Shown: one piece after another, positions 1 to 15,461 of the stretch
How the letters are laid out: the number at the start of each line of letters is the position of its first letter
Numbering within the stretch: position 1 is the stretch's first letter
NCBI RefSeq assembly: GCF_009914755.1
Contig: NC_060926.1
Length of the DNA: 64,000 nt
Reading direction: 5' to 3' (one strand)
From: the human T2T-CHM13v2.0 reference genome, Homo sapiens
Program-made: the position numbers and the translations under genes
The notes under the pieces: model-generated
Database searches by the model: none
Seen by the model: the letters and a program-made list of their open reading frames with translations, nothing else
What the model was told of the DNA's origin: nothing

Positions 1-128
1 TCTGAATTAATGAGTTTTAGTGCCTATTACATTACTTAGATATTAATCTTAAGTATCCATACACTTGAAATCGGTTATAACATAGCATACTCTTGGATTA
101 TTTAAATGTTACAGTAAGAAAGCATTTA

Positions 129-218
<90 letters not shown>

Positions 219-289
219 TCAAACAAGAAGAACAAAGAAAAATTGAACAATTCCATTTCATTGCCATCACTGTGCACTTACTTCATAGG

Positions 290-1440
290 GGGTACTGTTC
301 TAGACATGTGGCTTGTGCTTTGGGAAGTCCTAATCTAGCAGAGGTGGCATATTCACCCACACAAATGACCGTGATGCAAGGTAGGTGGCGATCAATGTTA
401 GAAAGCCAGAAAGGGAAGGATTAATCCTAAGAGGAAAGATGCCTGCGAGAGTGAGGATGAGGAAAAGAAAACTTTCTCAACAGTGGGAATAGCGTAAGCA
501 AAATGCCAGGCATGGGAAAGGACGTGGATGTTTAGAGACTCTTTAAGGGTCATGTGTAACCTGAATATAGTTTGTGGGGGGCGCTGGTGTCAGACAGAGT
601 GGAAGGTGAGAGGACAACAAATTAGAAAAATAGCTGGGACCTAAATATAAGATGTGGAACTAGATCTATTTTTTTGCATGTGGAAGTGATAGAATCATAT
701 CTATCTTTTACAAAGATACTCTGGTGACACAGTGGCTGAAATGAGAGGGAAGAGCGGAGGGCTGATATCAGCCTAGATATGGGGAGTGCAGTGGTCTGGT
801 GTACAGAATGCAGATAGGGACACAAGTTAGAGCACTCATTACCACAAGATTAAATGAGGGTTTAAGCGAGGACTGTCCAGTGGAAATGGAAACTGAGAGA
901 TACCTGACATGCAGAGGGAGAATTGTCGCCAACTATGGGGGATGACAGGAGTCAATGATGATTCTGAGGTTTCTAGCATAAGTGACTTGGAGGAGAATTA
1001 AGTAACTTTTACCAATACTGGGAACTCACAAAAAAGAATAAGATGCTTTCAGTGTGCTAGGACAGTGGGGGAAAGATAACCAGTTTAGCTTGGGATTTTG
1101 AGTTTGAAATCCTCATGTAGGAACCAGCAGGCTACTAGAAATTAAAGTTTAAATCTGGGAGAAGGTTAGCGTTAAGTGTGTGTATACGAGAGTCAAGCCA
1201 GAGAGGAGGGCAGTAATGCTGTGGGGTTGCATGAAATTCACCAAAGGAGAGCATGCAAAGTGAAGAGGGAGGCAAATGAAGATGGAGCCCCAAGGAGCAC
1301 TTACATTTAAAAATATGGGCAGAGGAAGAGGAATCGTCAAAGGAGACTAAAAAGTAGCCAAGGCAGGGAGCATTTCAAGAAGGAGAGAAAGATCCACTTT
1401 GCCATATGCTGCAGAAAGAGTCCAACAGGTTGAGAAATGA
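290..1440 (-). mobile_element. L2 fragments in DPP4 intron 4
   Basis: Purine-rich decayed sequence with L2-like phrases (GATGATTCTGAGGTTTCTAGC, GAGTTTGAAATCCTC); boundaries approximate. Confidence 0.5.
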
Positions 1441-1502
1441 CAGTACTCGTGATTCCAAAGGTAATGAAAAAAATCCCCAGAATTCTATGCATGAATTAAT
1501 TA

Positions 1503-1631
<129 letters not shown>

Positions 1632-1988
1632 TCAAAATTTCAAGTTGTTATTAAACATCTTCATAAGCTGAAAATTACAGAATACAGTTTAAGCTCACAA
1701 ATACCAAATAGGCATTTCTAAGTTGAGAAAACATGAATGATATTATACTAACATTCATTCATTTTTTCATCATTATTGTCAAGGTTTCAATTCACATTTA
1801 ATTTTTTATTATACATGTCAAAGAAATACTTGGGTTCCTTTCAGTCTTTCTCCCTTTGCACTTCAAGTAGAAAAAGAAAAAAAAAACTCTCTATAGAATT
1901 TTTAAAAACAAGGATTACCTCTTCTCAGTGCCATAAAAGCCCACATCTCGACTTAACTAGAATGAATGTAAGCATAAAATCTGCCCTA

Positions 1989-2129
<141 letters not shown>

Positions 2130-2361
2130 TCATTTCAGTAAGATGGAATAACCTAAGTTTTGGATAAAATAAACAAATGGATCTCTACAATATACCCTGC
2201 TCAAAAAATTCAGAAATATACTCACAAAATGCAAGACACATTTTAAAAGACTTCAGACTGAATGGATGGAGTAAACATGCATTTAACTATGAAGTGTGTG
2301 AGAGTGTGTGTGTTTCACTCTGCTGTATTATGCTATATTAGTGGGCTTTACTTTGAAGGTC

Positions 2362-2670
2362 TAGATCAGCTATGTCCTATAGAAATAGAATGTGAGTATA
2401 TTTTCTAGAAGCTATATAAGAAACAAAATTTTAAGGTAAAAATAATTTTAGTAGCACATTTTATTTAGCCCAATACATCCAAAATATCATTTTGCCATGT
2501 AACCAATATTTAAATTTTATGAGAACTTTCATGTTCTTTTTTTCATTCTAACTCTCAAATCTGATATGTAGTTTATACTTACAGCATATCTCAATTTGAC
2601 TAGGTACATTTTAAGTCAATAGTTATGTGTGGCCAGGTGTTCAACGACTACTGTAGTGGATGGCCTGGAG
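2362..2670. mobile_element. hAT-Charlie MITE (MER3/MER33-like)
   Basis: Decayed termini next to CTAG(A); internal TTTATACTTACAGCATATCTCAATTT typical of this group. Confidence 0.55.
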
Positions 2671-3862
2671 CTAGATCATCCTTTTCAGAGGCTTTGGGGC
2701 CCAGTTTCAGGCCCTCCTGCTTCTCAGAGACCCTTAGGACATGCTGATCACCCAATTCAGGGAGCTTCATTAATATCATCACTTTTCTTTGAAATTAACA
2801 GAATTTGTGTGTTTCTATATTCTACCACTGGTGACCCAAATTCAAAGTCTGAAAATCATTTTTGATACTTCTGTCTGTTTTTCCACCATGCCCATCTAAT
2901 TGACCCTCTTGATTATTCCTGGAAATTTTTTTTCTGGGTATCCCTGACATTAGATTCTCCCAATTCTCTCCCTCCTCTGCACCACCACTAGAATAATTTT
3001 TCTAAACCACTACTTTCATTCTGGTGATCCCTTCGCCAAAAGTTTTCAATATTTCCCCATTGCCTACAGGAACAAGATTAACACTCCTTAGCCTGAAACT
3101 CACAGCCCTCCACGACCGACACAAGACTGTCTTATGTCACTCTCTCCTTGCAGGGACCCTCTCATTCACTCTTATGACCAGCCCACTGAACCCAGAAGAT
3201 CTTGGGCTTTTCCACCTCTGCTCCTTTTTCTAAACCACTTCTCTGCAGTGTCTTCCCTGCTTTCCTGGTTGTCATAATCACTACCCTCAAATTCCCATCT
3301 CTTTCATGAAGACTAGTTCTGCCCCCTCTGACTTTTGCCCCAACACTACTCATTTCGCTCTTGTCATTTAATGACAAAATAGTTGACAACTCTTTTGCTC
3401 TGCCTACCCATGTGGTGTCCTCAGTTAGGCCATGTAGTCTTTGAAGACAAGGCTTTGCTGTTTGTTCGTTTTAATTTTTACGTCAACCTTTAGCACCTAA
3501 CACAGTTCAATTCCACAGTAGGCACACACTCAAAGAGTTTTTATTGGTTAATGTAGGATATCATCCTAGAAGCATAATCAAGCCAACGTGATTCCTCTTC
3601 TCCAATCCCAGAGTATGTCCACTGATAAAAGAGCTTAAAGTATTTTTTCTCAAATCCTCTACTTTTTCCACATACACACAAACATACACTCACAAAATCA
3701 GCCACCGTTATAAAATTCCTATAACTGCAGTTCTTACAATTTGGGGGACTGGGAAGCCAGTAGCCCTGTCCCTTGTTAATTTTCTTGCAGGAAATGCCTT
3801 CCTTGTAATTTTCTTACAGAAAATGCTCTTTCAAACAATGTTCTTAAGATTTTATTTCTTCA

Positions 3863-4385
3863 AATGTGGTACACATACACCACGGAATACTATGCAGCCA
3901 TGAAAAGGAACAAGATCATGTCCTTTGCAGGGACATGAATGAAGCTGGAAGCCATTATCCTCAGCAAAGTAATGCAGGAACAGAAAACCAAATGCCACAT
4001 ATTCTCACTTATAAGTAGGAGGTGAACAATGAGAACACATGGACATATGGCGAGGAACAACCAACACTGAGGCCTGTTGGGGGTGGGGTTGGGGGTGGGC
4101 AGAGAGAGAGCATCAGGAAGAATAGCTAACAGACTCTGGGCTTAATACCAAGGCGATGGGTTGATCTGTGTTGCAAACCACCATGGCACATGTTTACCTA
4201 TATAACAAACCTGTACATCCTGCACATGTACCCTGGAACTTAAAATAAAAGTTGAAAGAAAAAAAACAGATAAGAAGACTTCTGAGGTGGGCCATTCCCT
4301 CAGTTAAAAATGATAAAGCTTTCTGCTTTCATCATTATAAGTAAAGATAATAAAGAAAATACAGGTTCAAGTTGTAGGTTAATAA
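3863..4385 (+). mobile_element. 5'-truncated older L1PA 3' end plus ~120 bp of extra 3' sequence inside the TSDs
   Basis: L1 ORF2 end and 3' UTR (GGAATACTATGCAGCC...AATAAAAGTTG), A-tail near 4255-4266; 17-bp TSD AAGATTTTATTTCTTCA at 3846-3862 and 4386-4402. Confidence 0.88.
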
Positions 4386-6640
4386 AAGATTTTATTTCTT
4401 CAGATCTTATCTGATAATAGCCTTGTACCTGCCTAAAACAACTTTGTTTCAAGAAATAAAAATGCCACATTTCACTTTATTACTTTATTGATTTTATTTA
4501 AACCTTGTTCATTTAATAAGTTAAAGAGAGCTTTAAAAAAACTAAAGTATTTTTTTTTGGTCAATTTACTCCTGCATTTCATCCCTAAAAGTTAGTAGGA
4601 GATTTGTGTTTGCTAGTAGAAATATAGCAAGCGGGTAAAATCAGTCCTTGAATTTGCCAACCTTCAAACAAGGAGTAAAGCCTTATGCTACAGAAAATAT
4701 TTGAAACTCATATTGAGAATAGTAACTGGATTTGTTCACAAAATGCTCTCAATTGCTTGTATTCATCCAACCACTCTTTCATGCATCAAATAGTTAAAAA
4801 GTGAGTACTATTTGAAAAATACTATTAAGGAGTTATACTCTGTTATCAAGAGGTATTAGTTTAAAAAGTACTTAAAACACACCCTAAATTAGTGTAATTT
4901 GAAATATAGATGGTTATTTGAAATAGATGTAATTTGAAATATAGATGGTTATTGACATCCACAATCCTCACATCTGTGAGCCGCTGCACCAGGCCTAGTC
5001 CACAGTTTTTGAAAACCCATCATCTCTACCACATTCAGGCTCCCTTCTGCTCATGATGGCTCCCTGTGAATTGGATCCATAAGCTCATTTCCCAGATATC
5101 AACTCTGATGCCACACTTGCTAGAGCCCAGGACATCCCTGCAAGGCCCAGGCTTACCCTGGTCTGTGTGAGGTTCACTCGGCTGCGTTAGAATAACCCTG
5201 CAACCCAGTTTCCACATATTAGCTGCCAGTCCAAGAGAAGAGCGGCTAAATTGGAGCAAGCAGAGCAACACAAATGTTCCTTGTTTTTAGCCTTGCCATT
5301 TGATAAGCAGGGCACATTGGAAGACGGTTTTGAAACATCTAGATAAGCGAGTTCTGTGAGACAAGAGTGCCAACTCCAGGTTTTGACCTTTAGCAAGTTC
5401 ATAGTTGGCTGCCAAGTTACAACCTATTTTGTCAAACTCTTATGAGACATGCTCATGATTCGTCTTCCTTGTCTACTTGCTCACTGACAGGGCACTGCTG
5501 CGGCAGCAGATGAAGGTCTTTGGCTGCTTGCATGGTTTTCTTAGTTCGGCCTGGGACATGTTCATTTGACTTATCAGTTCAAAGCATTGTGCAGCCAAGT
5601 AAAGCACTTAATCATATGTTACCCATCAGCTTATACAGAAACTTGAGTTTCAAATCTTTAATTTAAAAATAAAAATATAGATTTATAATTTTATACTTTT
5701 CTTCTTTAGCTAAAGCAACTATTAGCTTGAACCGCATGAAAATACCATTTTTATTAGTTAAAAAAGGTAGAATAGTGGCATTTAAAATGGCTCAATCTAA
5801 TAATAAATTCTTATCAAAGTGTTAAGGTATCTTAATGAATCCTTGCTGTAGTGTCAAAATCATTTCTGAAAAACAATAATTCCAGAATGATAAAATCCAA
5901 ATAAGAGAGTAGTATAGTTCCACGGGATATCCTTGCTTTGATCAATTGCTTCTGTATGATTACAAGATATTTTGAATATTGTCACTCATTCATACTAAAC
6001 TTTTTTGTCTGTACTAAATTGACATATAATGTTTCCACTCCACAAAAATAAACTGTTTTGGTAAATAAATGGCTAATGAAATACATCTCAAAAGAAATGT
6101 GCTCGTTACGGCACATAACTGTGGAAAGTTGTTAAAAACAGGCAAAAGAGTTATCTGGTTATAAAGTTCCTGTGTTCCATATGGTAATCAGCTAACATTC
6201 CATATTGATGCTTGTATCTATGATGGGTATAAAGAAATAAAACGAGTGTTACTCCAAAATTTGCTTTAGCAAATTAACAGCCTTGACACAGGGGTGGTGG
6301 AGGAAAAATCAAGGAGGTAAAAGAAGAAACTGACTGAATGTCCCTTCATCCTGTGGCTATATTCTCCAGCAGCACATGCAGGCTGCCACCCATCTCCATA
6401 GATTCAACAAACACCACTCAAGGGATTGAGCAGCTGGTTGCTTTGAATCAGAGAGCCTGGATTTGAAACCAGGTCCATTTCTTGCCTTGGGGCCTTGGGA
6501 AAATTACTGAATCTTTGCTATGATTTGAAAGATGGTGTCCCATCCAAAACTCATGTTGAACCTTAATATACATTGTGGTAGTGTTAAGAGGTGGGGCCTT
6601 TTTGGGAAGTGGTTAGTGCTTCATAAAAGGGCTGGAGGGA

Positions 6641-7001
<361 letters not shown>

Positions 7002-7937
7002 TCACCATGTGGGGATGCTGCCTGGAGAGACAATGCCTTCGATGGGGTGGGGCCTCACCAGACACTGACCTGCCTGCATTTTAATCTGGCACTTCTCAGC
7101 CTCCAGAACTGTGAGAAATACATTTCTGTTCTTTAAAGGTTACCCATTCTTAGGTATTTTGTTATAACAAGACAAATGGACCTAGAAAGAAATTGGTACC
7201 AGAGAAATGGAGTGTTGCTGTTACAGATACCTAAAAATGTGGAAGTGGCTTGGAACTGGGTAATGGGTGATGCTGGAATAGTTTTGAAGTGCAGGCTAGA
7301 AAAAGCCTAGATTACATCCACAGAGTGTTAAACACAATTCTGGCGAGGGCTCAGAAGAAGAAGAGAGCTGTGGATAGAACCTCGGTCTTCTCAGAAATTA
7401 TCTAAGTGATTGTGATCAGAATGCTGGTAGAAATATGGCAGTAAAGGACCCTTTTGATGAGATCTCAGATAGAAATAAAGATCTCATTGGAACTAGAGAA
7501 ATGGCCTTTCATACCAGAAAGTGGCACTCGGCTGAATTGTGTCTGTGCCCTTCTGGAAGGCAGAATTAGAGGATAAACAAGGATATCCGGCAGAAGAAAA
7601 AAATGTATTCAGGTTGCTGAATGGTTTCTCCTGACATCCTATAGGAAAATGTGAGAAGAGAAAAACAAATTATAGACAGAGTTCATAATCATAAGGGAAG
7701 ATTTGGAAAAGTCTCAGCCTGGCCTGATCCTCCCCAGGTTGTAAAGACTAAAAGGCAAGTTCAGAGAGAAAACCCAGGGTGTGGCCAAGCAATGTTTAAG
7801 TTTAATAAGGAGATTAGTATGGAGAATAGGAAGCCAGATGCTATTCATCAAGACAATGGAACAACAACCCTGAAGGCATTTTGGAGATTATTGCTGCTGT
7901 CCCTCCCATCACAGGCCCAGAGTGCCACGGCCTAGGC

Positions 7938-8148
7938 CAGGGGTGTCCAATGTTTTGGTTTCCCTGGGCCACGTGAGAAGAATTGTCTTGGGCCACACAT
8001 AAAATACACCAACGATAGCTGAATAACTTTAAAAAAAAAAAACAAAAATAACTCATAATGTTTTAAGAAAGTTTACAAATTTGTGTTGGGCTGCATTCAA
8101 AGCCGTCCAGCCACATGCCGTCCGTAGGCCACAGGTTGGACAAGCTTG
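7938..8148 (+). mobile_element. MER30 hAT MITE
   Basis: CAGGGGTGTCCAA...TTGGACAAGCTTG termini; 8-bp TSD GCCTAGGC/GCCTAGGG. Confidence 0.85.
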
Positions 8149-10018
8149 GCCTAGGGGAAAGGACTATGTCAAAAAAGGAGCCTTGGGCACCCATGGGACC
8201 TCATCATTGACTCCCCTGCACCTCCTTGTCTCTGCTGTCAGCATTCTGGTGCAGCACTCTTCAGCTGCCACATATATGACTCAAGCAGGCTCAGCTGCCA
8301 CTCTAGCATGTATAAGCTATAAACCTTGGCAGCACTCATGTGGTGCTAATTCTGCAGAAGCATAGAGTGCACAAGCATGGGGACATGGCTACCTCCACCT
8401 AGATTTCAAAAGATTCCTCAGAAAGGCTAGCGGCCCATGAAGAGAACTGCCACAGAAGCTACTGCAGAGTCCCAGCTAGGGCAATGCTTAATGGAACTGC
8501 GGGGCAAGGCTACCCTTGAGGCCCCACAACTGTAGAGTCACCAGCATGCAATGTCAGCCGGGAGAGTCACAGGCACAAGACTTCAACCCATGAGAGCTGC
8601 ACCATGGGCCGTGCCCAGCAAAGCCTTACTGGGGGGGTGGGGGTGGTCCTCTGAGGCCTTGGGAACCCAACCCCCACCCTAGCATGTCTGAAACATGGGA
8701 CATGGAGTCAAAGATTATTTTTAAACCTCAAGATGTAATGTTGTTTACCCTGTTGGGCTTTAGATTTATTTGGCACTTATTAACCGTTTCTTGCTATTTC
8801 TCCCATTTGGAATGGAAATATCTATCCTAGGCCTACCCCACCATTGTATTTTGGAAGCACACAACTTATTTGATTTCACAGAGTCACAGCTGGAGAGCAA
8901 TTTGCCTCAGGGTGAAACTTACCTTGGGTTTCACCTAATTTAGGTAAAAACTAATTTAGATGAGACTCTGGCCTCTAGCCTTCTGAGTTGATGCTAGAAA
9001 AAGTTAAGATTTGGGGGGCTATTAGGATGGAATGAATGCATTTTGCGTACGAAAAGCACATGAAGTTTGGGATTCAAGGGTGAATGCTATGGTCTGAGTG
9101 TCCCCCAAAATTAATGTCTTGAAACTAAATCTTTGTTGTGATATTAAGAGGTGGAACCATTTGAAGTGATTAAGTCATGAGGGCTCCCCACTCATGAATG
9201 GTTAGGTGCCTTATAAAAGGGCTGGAGGGAACTAGTCTAAGCCTTTTTGTCTTTCTACTCTTCTGCCGTGTGAGAATGCAGCAAGAAGGCCCTCACCAGA
9301 CCCTAAATGCCAATGCCTTGATATTAAACCTCCCATCTCCAGAATTGTGAGAAAATAAGTTTCTGTTGCTTATAAATTACCTAGTCTGTGGTATTTTGTT
9401 ACAGCAGCACAAACTAACACACCTTTTAAAGTTTCATTTTAAAAATCTATAACATGAGACTAATAGCCCATGGGGATTTTCAATGATTAAACAAGATAAT
9501 GTATGTCATATGCTTAGCTCAGGACTTAGAACTTAAGAAGCACCTGTAGATATGTTACACTGCACATTATTGTTTTGTTCCAAGCATATGTTAGGCAACC
9601 AGAATACAAAAAAGAATATAAAAGAGTCTTTCCTCTGAAGCACCTAACGGTGAGATTAAGAATTTAACTGCAATAAAATAACAGCCAGTTAAGTTTCACT
9701 ACGTTCATAATGAAAAATGATCCTAATAAAAAAGCATGAAACAATTACATTGAGAAAAATATTTAGGATAAGTGCAATCTAATCATTTCCTAAGTGCCAG
9801 TGAATATCACTTTCTCCCTTCTATTAATACATGCCTAACACCATCCATAGCCTCCATATTGGAAGTCAGCAGTTTTCAGTATGAAGGGAAAATATTGGAC
9901 CTAATGGAATTAGAGAATGTCTGAAGACTGATGTTTCTCTGATTACTATACATAAGGGACATTAGCATATAATCACAATAGCAGATTTACCTTGTCAACA
10001 ATAGAACACTGTGGTACA

Positions 10019-10288
10019 GCTGGGTGCAGTGACTCATGCCTGTAATCCTAGCACTTTGGGAGGCCGAGATGGGTGGATTGCTTGAGCTCAGGAGTTCAAG
10101 ACCAGCCTGGGCAACATGGTGAAACCCCATCTCTACTAAAATACAAAAAAAAGTCATCCTGGCATGGTGTACCTGTAAACCCAGCTACGCAGGAAGCTGA
10201 GTCATGAGAGGTTGCAGTGAGCCGAGACTGTGCCACTGCACTCCAGCCTGGGCAACAAAGTGAAACTCTGTCTCAAAAAAAAAAAAAA
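10019..10288 (+). mobile_element. Alu with an internal deletion in the right arm
   Basis: Alu sequence; TSD AGAACACTGTGGTACA at 10003-10018 and 10289-10304. Confidence 0.92.
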
Positions 10289-10539
10289 AGAACACTGTGG
10301 TACATCCAGGGGCATATGATAAATGCATTGCCATCTAGCTGGAGGCTGTAGAATGTTGGGACTGCCAGGTGACCAAACTTTGGTTAGGGACATAATCATT
10401 TTCCAATGTGTCCACCTGAAATAGTATAATGCACATTTCCTAGAATAGCAACACTTCGAAAAAAATAAAACATCTTAATGGGGTTTAGTTCCCCCTCCTC
10501 CTATGCCTCCTTCTCCTCCTCTTTTGCCTTTCCACTCCA

Positions 10540-10963
10540 TCCACACTGGCCACCCAGTGGCCAGACACACCAGGCTCATGCCTGCCTCAGAGACTTTGCA
10601 CTTGCTATATGCTCTTCCTGGAATGTTCTTCCCCCAGATATGGCCAGTGCTTCCTTCCTCACCTCCTTCAGGTGTTTATTTAAATGCTGCATTCCTTCCC
10701 TGGACTAGCACTGCAGCCTTCTTCCCCATGGAATTCTCTACTACTCTTTCCAGCATTACTCATTTTTCCCTTAGCAATGATACCATCTAACTGATTATAC
10801 ATTTTACTTTTTTATATTGTTCACTGTGTGCCTCCCTTAATTGGATGTAAGCTCCGTGAGGGCACTGATTTTATTTTGTTTCATTCTGTTTACTATTATA
10901 TTACTACAGCCTAGAACAGTGCCTGGTATACAGTAGACACTCAATAAATAGTTGTTGAATGAA
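10540..10963 (+). mobile_element. L2 3' end
   Basis: CCTAGAACAGTGCCTGG...CTCAATAAATAGTTGTTGAATGAA terminus. Confidence 0.8.
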
Positions 10964-11097
10964 AACATAAAAGTCAGACAATCTGAAAATAAGCACCAAC
11001 AGCTCCAAGTACAATATGTGAACTCCAAGTGGCTGTAGTGTAGGAAGAGGAGTGAGCTTAGCCAGATAGGACTAGACAGAGTGAGCACAGGAGCCTC

Positions 11098-11867
11098 TGA
11101 AACGGCCTTTGCAAAAATTATGACAGTGAGAGAAATCTAAACTAACTGACTCCATCTTGCCTCTAACCTCACAAACTAATTACCTTTGCTCATTACTGGG
11201 TGCAGGCCAAGCAAACTATGGAAGGAATTTAGTTTATAGTTTAACTTTGCAGCAAGGATGGTAATAGTCCCTCCCAAAACTGACCCACTCTGAGGACTGA
11301 GATTGCCTTTCTAAGACGAAGAAAAAGCCACACAGTGAGGACTATAGGAGGGGCCTGAATTCTGCCAAGATGTAGGCTAGTAGTTAAATGATAACCAGCC
11401 ATTATTCCAGAGGTCAGAAGATTTGTAACTTCTCCAATTGTTCTTATAGATAACATCACTATTGTCAAGTTGTCAAGACCTAAGACTGGTCTTTGAGATA
11501 TTTTTCAGACTTTTGCATTCAGTTGGACCTGCTGACTCCACCTGGACCTGTGACTCATACCAAGGAACTAAATCAACCAGTCCTGTGACCCTCACCCATA
11601 AAATGACTCAGTGCATAAAGACCATTTTGGACAGTCCTATGATTTCATCCCCAACCAATCAACAGCACCCATTCCCTAGGTCCCTGCCTGCCAAATCATC
11701 CTTAAAAACCCTAACCTCCAAGCTTTGAGGGAGTCAATTTGAGAACTGTCTCCTGTCCTTTCACTTGGCTGTTCCTGTGACTATGAAATTCTCTATTGCA
11801 ATATCACTGTCACAGTGAATTGGTTTTATCTGTGCAGTGGGCAAGAAGAACCTGTCAGACTATTACA
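11098..11867 (+). mobile_element. LTR8-family ERV1 solo LTR
   Basis: TGAAACGGCCTTTGCAAAAATTATGACAG...GACTCCATCTTGC start, TTACA end; flanks CCTC/ACTC. Confidence 0.8.
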
Positions 11868-12376
11868 ACTCAGGTTCTAGACCACCACTAGCTACTGTTA
11901 GGTCAGCACACTTCCGTAAGCCTGAGCCAGTCACCTACTGGCTTTCACCTCCAAATATACATACCCTTCCTTGCTCAGTAATTCTGGGGAAGGGCTCTAC
12001 AGCTATATTTCCAAGAAGCCTCATCTGCAGGATTCTTGCTAGGTTCTGTTAATAGGAGAAAATAGAGAAAAAATTGGATGGCAATTAGAGAAGAGGAGGG
12101 ACTCCTCCTTTCCTCCTTCTTGCTGACAGCATGCACCCAGCAGTAGCACCTGCTCCAGCCTCTAGCTTCCTTTGTAATATCCAGAACCTGCTTCATCATG
12201 CCTCACGGAGGTACCAGTAGCAGCTAGGGGGATTATAAACCTTAGAGCTTTGATCTGAGATCTTCTGTGTTCCTCCTTCCTGCAGTTACACTTTCTCAGT
12301 TACCTCAGAGTTTCTCTTTTGCTCTTTTATCTGTGTAACCAATTTTCATATTAAATCTCTCTGCTGAAATATCTAG

Positions 12377-12682
<306 letters not shown>

Positions 12683-12764
12683 TGATTTCCCTAACTGGAG
12701 CCACCACGCCTGGCCTCTAGTGTGATTTCCCTAACTGATATAAGAACTGATTCATCTTACCTAT

Positions 12765-13202
12765 TGTGATGAAATTAAATAATTAGAACTTAAATCTGTT
12801 GGAACTTTAGGTTATTTTGAGCCTTGAGAGGTATGTGGCCTGAGTCACATACCATGCAGCTGTAACTTCTGCTTTTTCCTGTAAATGACCAGAAAAGACC
12901 CTGTGGTGCCCGAGGTAGGAACCCCTCAGATCATCACCCCTGCTCATGGAATGTTAAAGAAATCTTAGTTGGAATATAGCAATCTGTAACCAACAAAATC
13001 ACTGTAATATACATACTGACCTTGTATGGAAAATGTTGCAACCCTGTTAACTGCCTATATGAGTGAAACTTTCAATTCCTCACTTGGTAATGCTAACCCC
13101 ATTTGTCTGGAGTATGTTTTCCAAGAGGTCATCCTCAAGCTTTGCACTTGAATAAACTCTATATTTAATCGTTTTTCTGAATCTCGTTATTCAAGTTAGA
13201 CA
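12765..13202 (+). mobile_element. ERV solo LTR (LTR47-like, subfamily uncertain)
   Basis: TG...CA termini, CTATAT box, AATAAA at 13151, flanks CTAT/TTAT. Confidence 0.65.
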
Positions 13203-13247
13203 TTATAACGAAAGTATTTTTAAGTGGTAAGAATACAACATCTAGAC

Positions 13248-13465
13248 CTGGAGTTGGCAAACATTTTCTTAAATAGCTGGTTGGTCAATAGTTTAGGCTT
13301 TGTGGGCCTTATGGTCTTTAGTTTCTGTTATAACTACTCAAGTCTGCCATTGTAACTTGCAGGCAGCTACAGCCAATCTGTGAGTGAATGGGCACAGCTG
13401 TGTTCCCATAAAACTTTCCTTTTAAAACATCAGGTGGCCAGTCCTGACTACAGTTTGACAATCTC
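13248..13465. mobile_element. MER58-type hAT MITE
   Basis: GTTGGCAAAC...TTTAGGCTTTGTGGGCC...ATAAAACTTT pattern. Confidence 0.7.
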
Positions 13466-15461
13466 ATCTGGACATTCCTCAAAATTGTGAGCACCATTAA
13501 AGCAAAAACAAAAACTGCTCACAAGACTGGACTTGAAAGACAAATGTTGAGACTGAAACTCCAATTACCCTGAAACAATATCAGCATACGACTCCAATAT
13601 ATGTAGCAGAAAAGTAAAAGTGGGCAGAATATGTATGTCTCAGTATTCAAGTATCAGATATCTATTTTCATCTTAACCCAAATATGAACATGTTGGTAAA
13701 GAAATGCAAGGCTGGAAGGACTGACCGAACTAAGCCGAGTTACACTGCCTGGTTCCCTCTGCTATCATGCAGAGTCAGGAAGCTCTACACACACAGGGAG
13801 CCAGCACTAAGCAAGGTGGCAGGACTGCTTTATCCCTTTCTGAAATGAATTTTTTTTTTTCTGATTATAGTCACTCCCTCTTTTCTTGATAAGACTTTTC
13901 TGGGAATAAACAAGACTGATACAATAATGGCCCAGACTAATACGTACAGGGCTTCTATGCCCCATGAAATTGACTGGCATTAGGCCGTGAAATCCGAGGT
14001 GATGATAAACACTTGAAAGGTGGAAAGTTCTTAAGTGTATGACTAAATGACTCACTGGCCCGTGAAACATGCAACTATTTTAGCAAAGGGCTAGTTTCTC
14101 TTCACATATACTTAAAAGCAGTTGCAGTGAGACTTCAGTGGAGGGTATTATAGTGCAAACTAAGAAAGATCAGCTCATGTTTAAAAGAAAACTGAGTAAA
14201 GGAAATCTGCATTTATGGAAACTGAAAGCTCTAACACTGACTCATTGAAGAAGTCTCCCGAAGATTTATAAGTGTAATCAACAAGGCTACTCTTTGTGAC
14301 AAGCATTTGTCATCCCCGATATAAGAAAAAACAATTATTGGAAAACAAAACTGCCACAGGAATTGCCCCATTCCCAGTATTTGCCAGGCAAAACATTCAG
14401 CAGTATGGGGCAAAAATTACTATACTACCTGCGTCTGGAGCTGTTAAAACAAACAAACAAAAAATGTTATAAACATATAAAGAATAATAATTACGCATTC
14501 TTATGGTGTTCTTCTAGTTTGCTGGGTTGTTCTAGGCAATGTAGACTTTCAACCCACTTATTCTTCTTATGCTCATTCCCATTTTACAAATAAGGAGACT
14601 GAGGCACAGATAGGCACAGCCAGTAACTAGACTAAAATTCTGTGATTAGTATGCACCAAAGCCACATTTGGACCAGGCAATATGGCGCCAAAGCCTGTGG
14701 TTACAATCACTCTTCTAAACCTCTCTAAATCTTTGGAACAGTGATTGCATGTGGTAAATGCTTTCTTGGCATTTTTTTGTGAATTGGTGGAGATGAATTA
14801 GGCTTTATGGAAGTGTTTAAATTCATGGTTTGCAACTATTTTAAATAAGCAGGTTGGTAGTATCCTTAGGACTTGGGTCAGTTGAAACTTAATTTGTTCT
14901 GCTTCAAAGTCAAAAGAGTGCAAATTCAGAAAACTCTAGAATTTTCCCTCTGGACAGTAAGAAGGATGGCAACTCTGTGGCTTCCTAGAAGGTAACTTCC
15001 TAGAAAGGAAGTTTTACCATCTCTATTCTCTTTTCCATGGGAATACCCAATAACTTTCATCATCTTTTTCCTGAACTCATTAAAAAGTAGTCACGTAAGC
15101 TTTAAAATAGGTTTGTTTTCTTCCCTTTTTTCATGTTCTCTAGATTTTAAATATTATACAATGCTGAACAACTCAGGTCCTGCAGTATACATTTTGAAAA
15201 AATTATAAAATTAGCCAACAAAAAAATTCAATGATTCCTCCTTTACAGCAAAAGCTACCATAGGAGCTTATTTTCTACCAAGCTCATCAGTTCTGTGGTA
15301 TCTGTCCCTCCTGCCATTGTTCAACTCTTTCCTTAGAACTCTGAGGGAGAGGTGAGCTTCCTCCCCGATCATTCCACACCCCAATCTATGACTCAGATGC
15401 TTGTCCTCTTGTTCCCAAGGGATTTTTTTTAAATCTTACCTTTTCCCTCTAAAACACAAAG

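Noticed and set aside
4893-4953. Short tandem duplications (also 21608-21718 and 46183-46249)
   Set aside because: Two-copy slippage duplications with no spacer structure or functional signal; not CRISPR-like.
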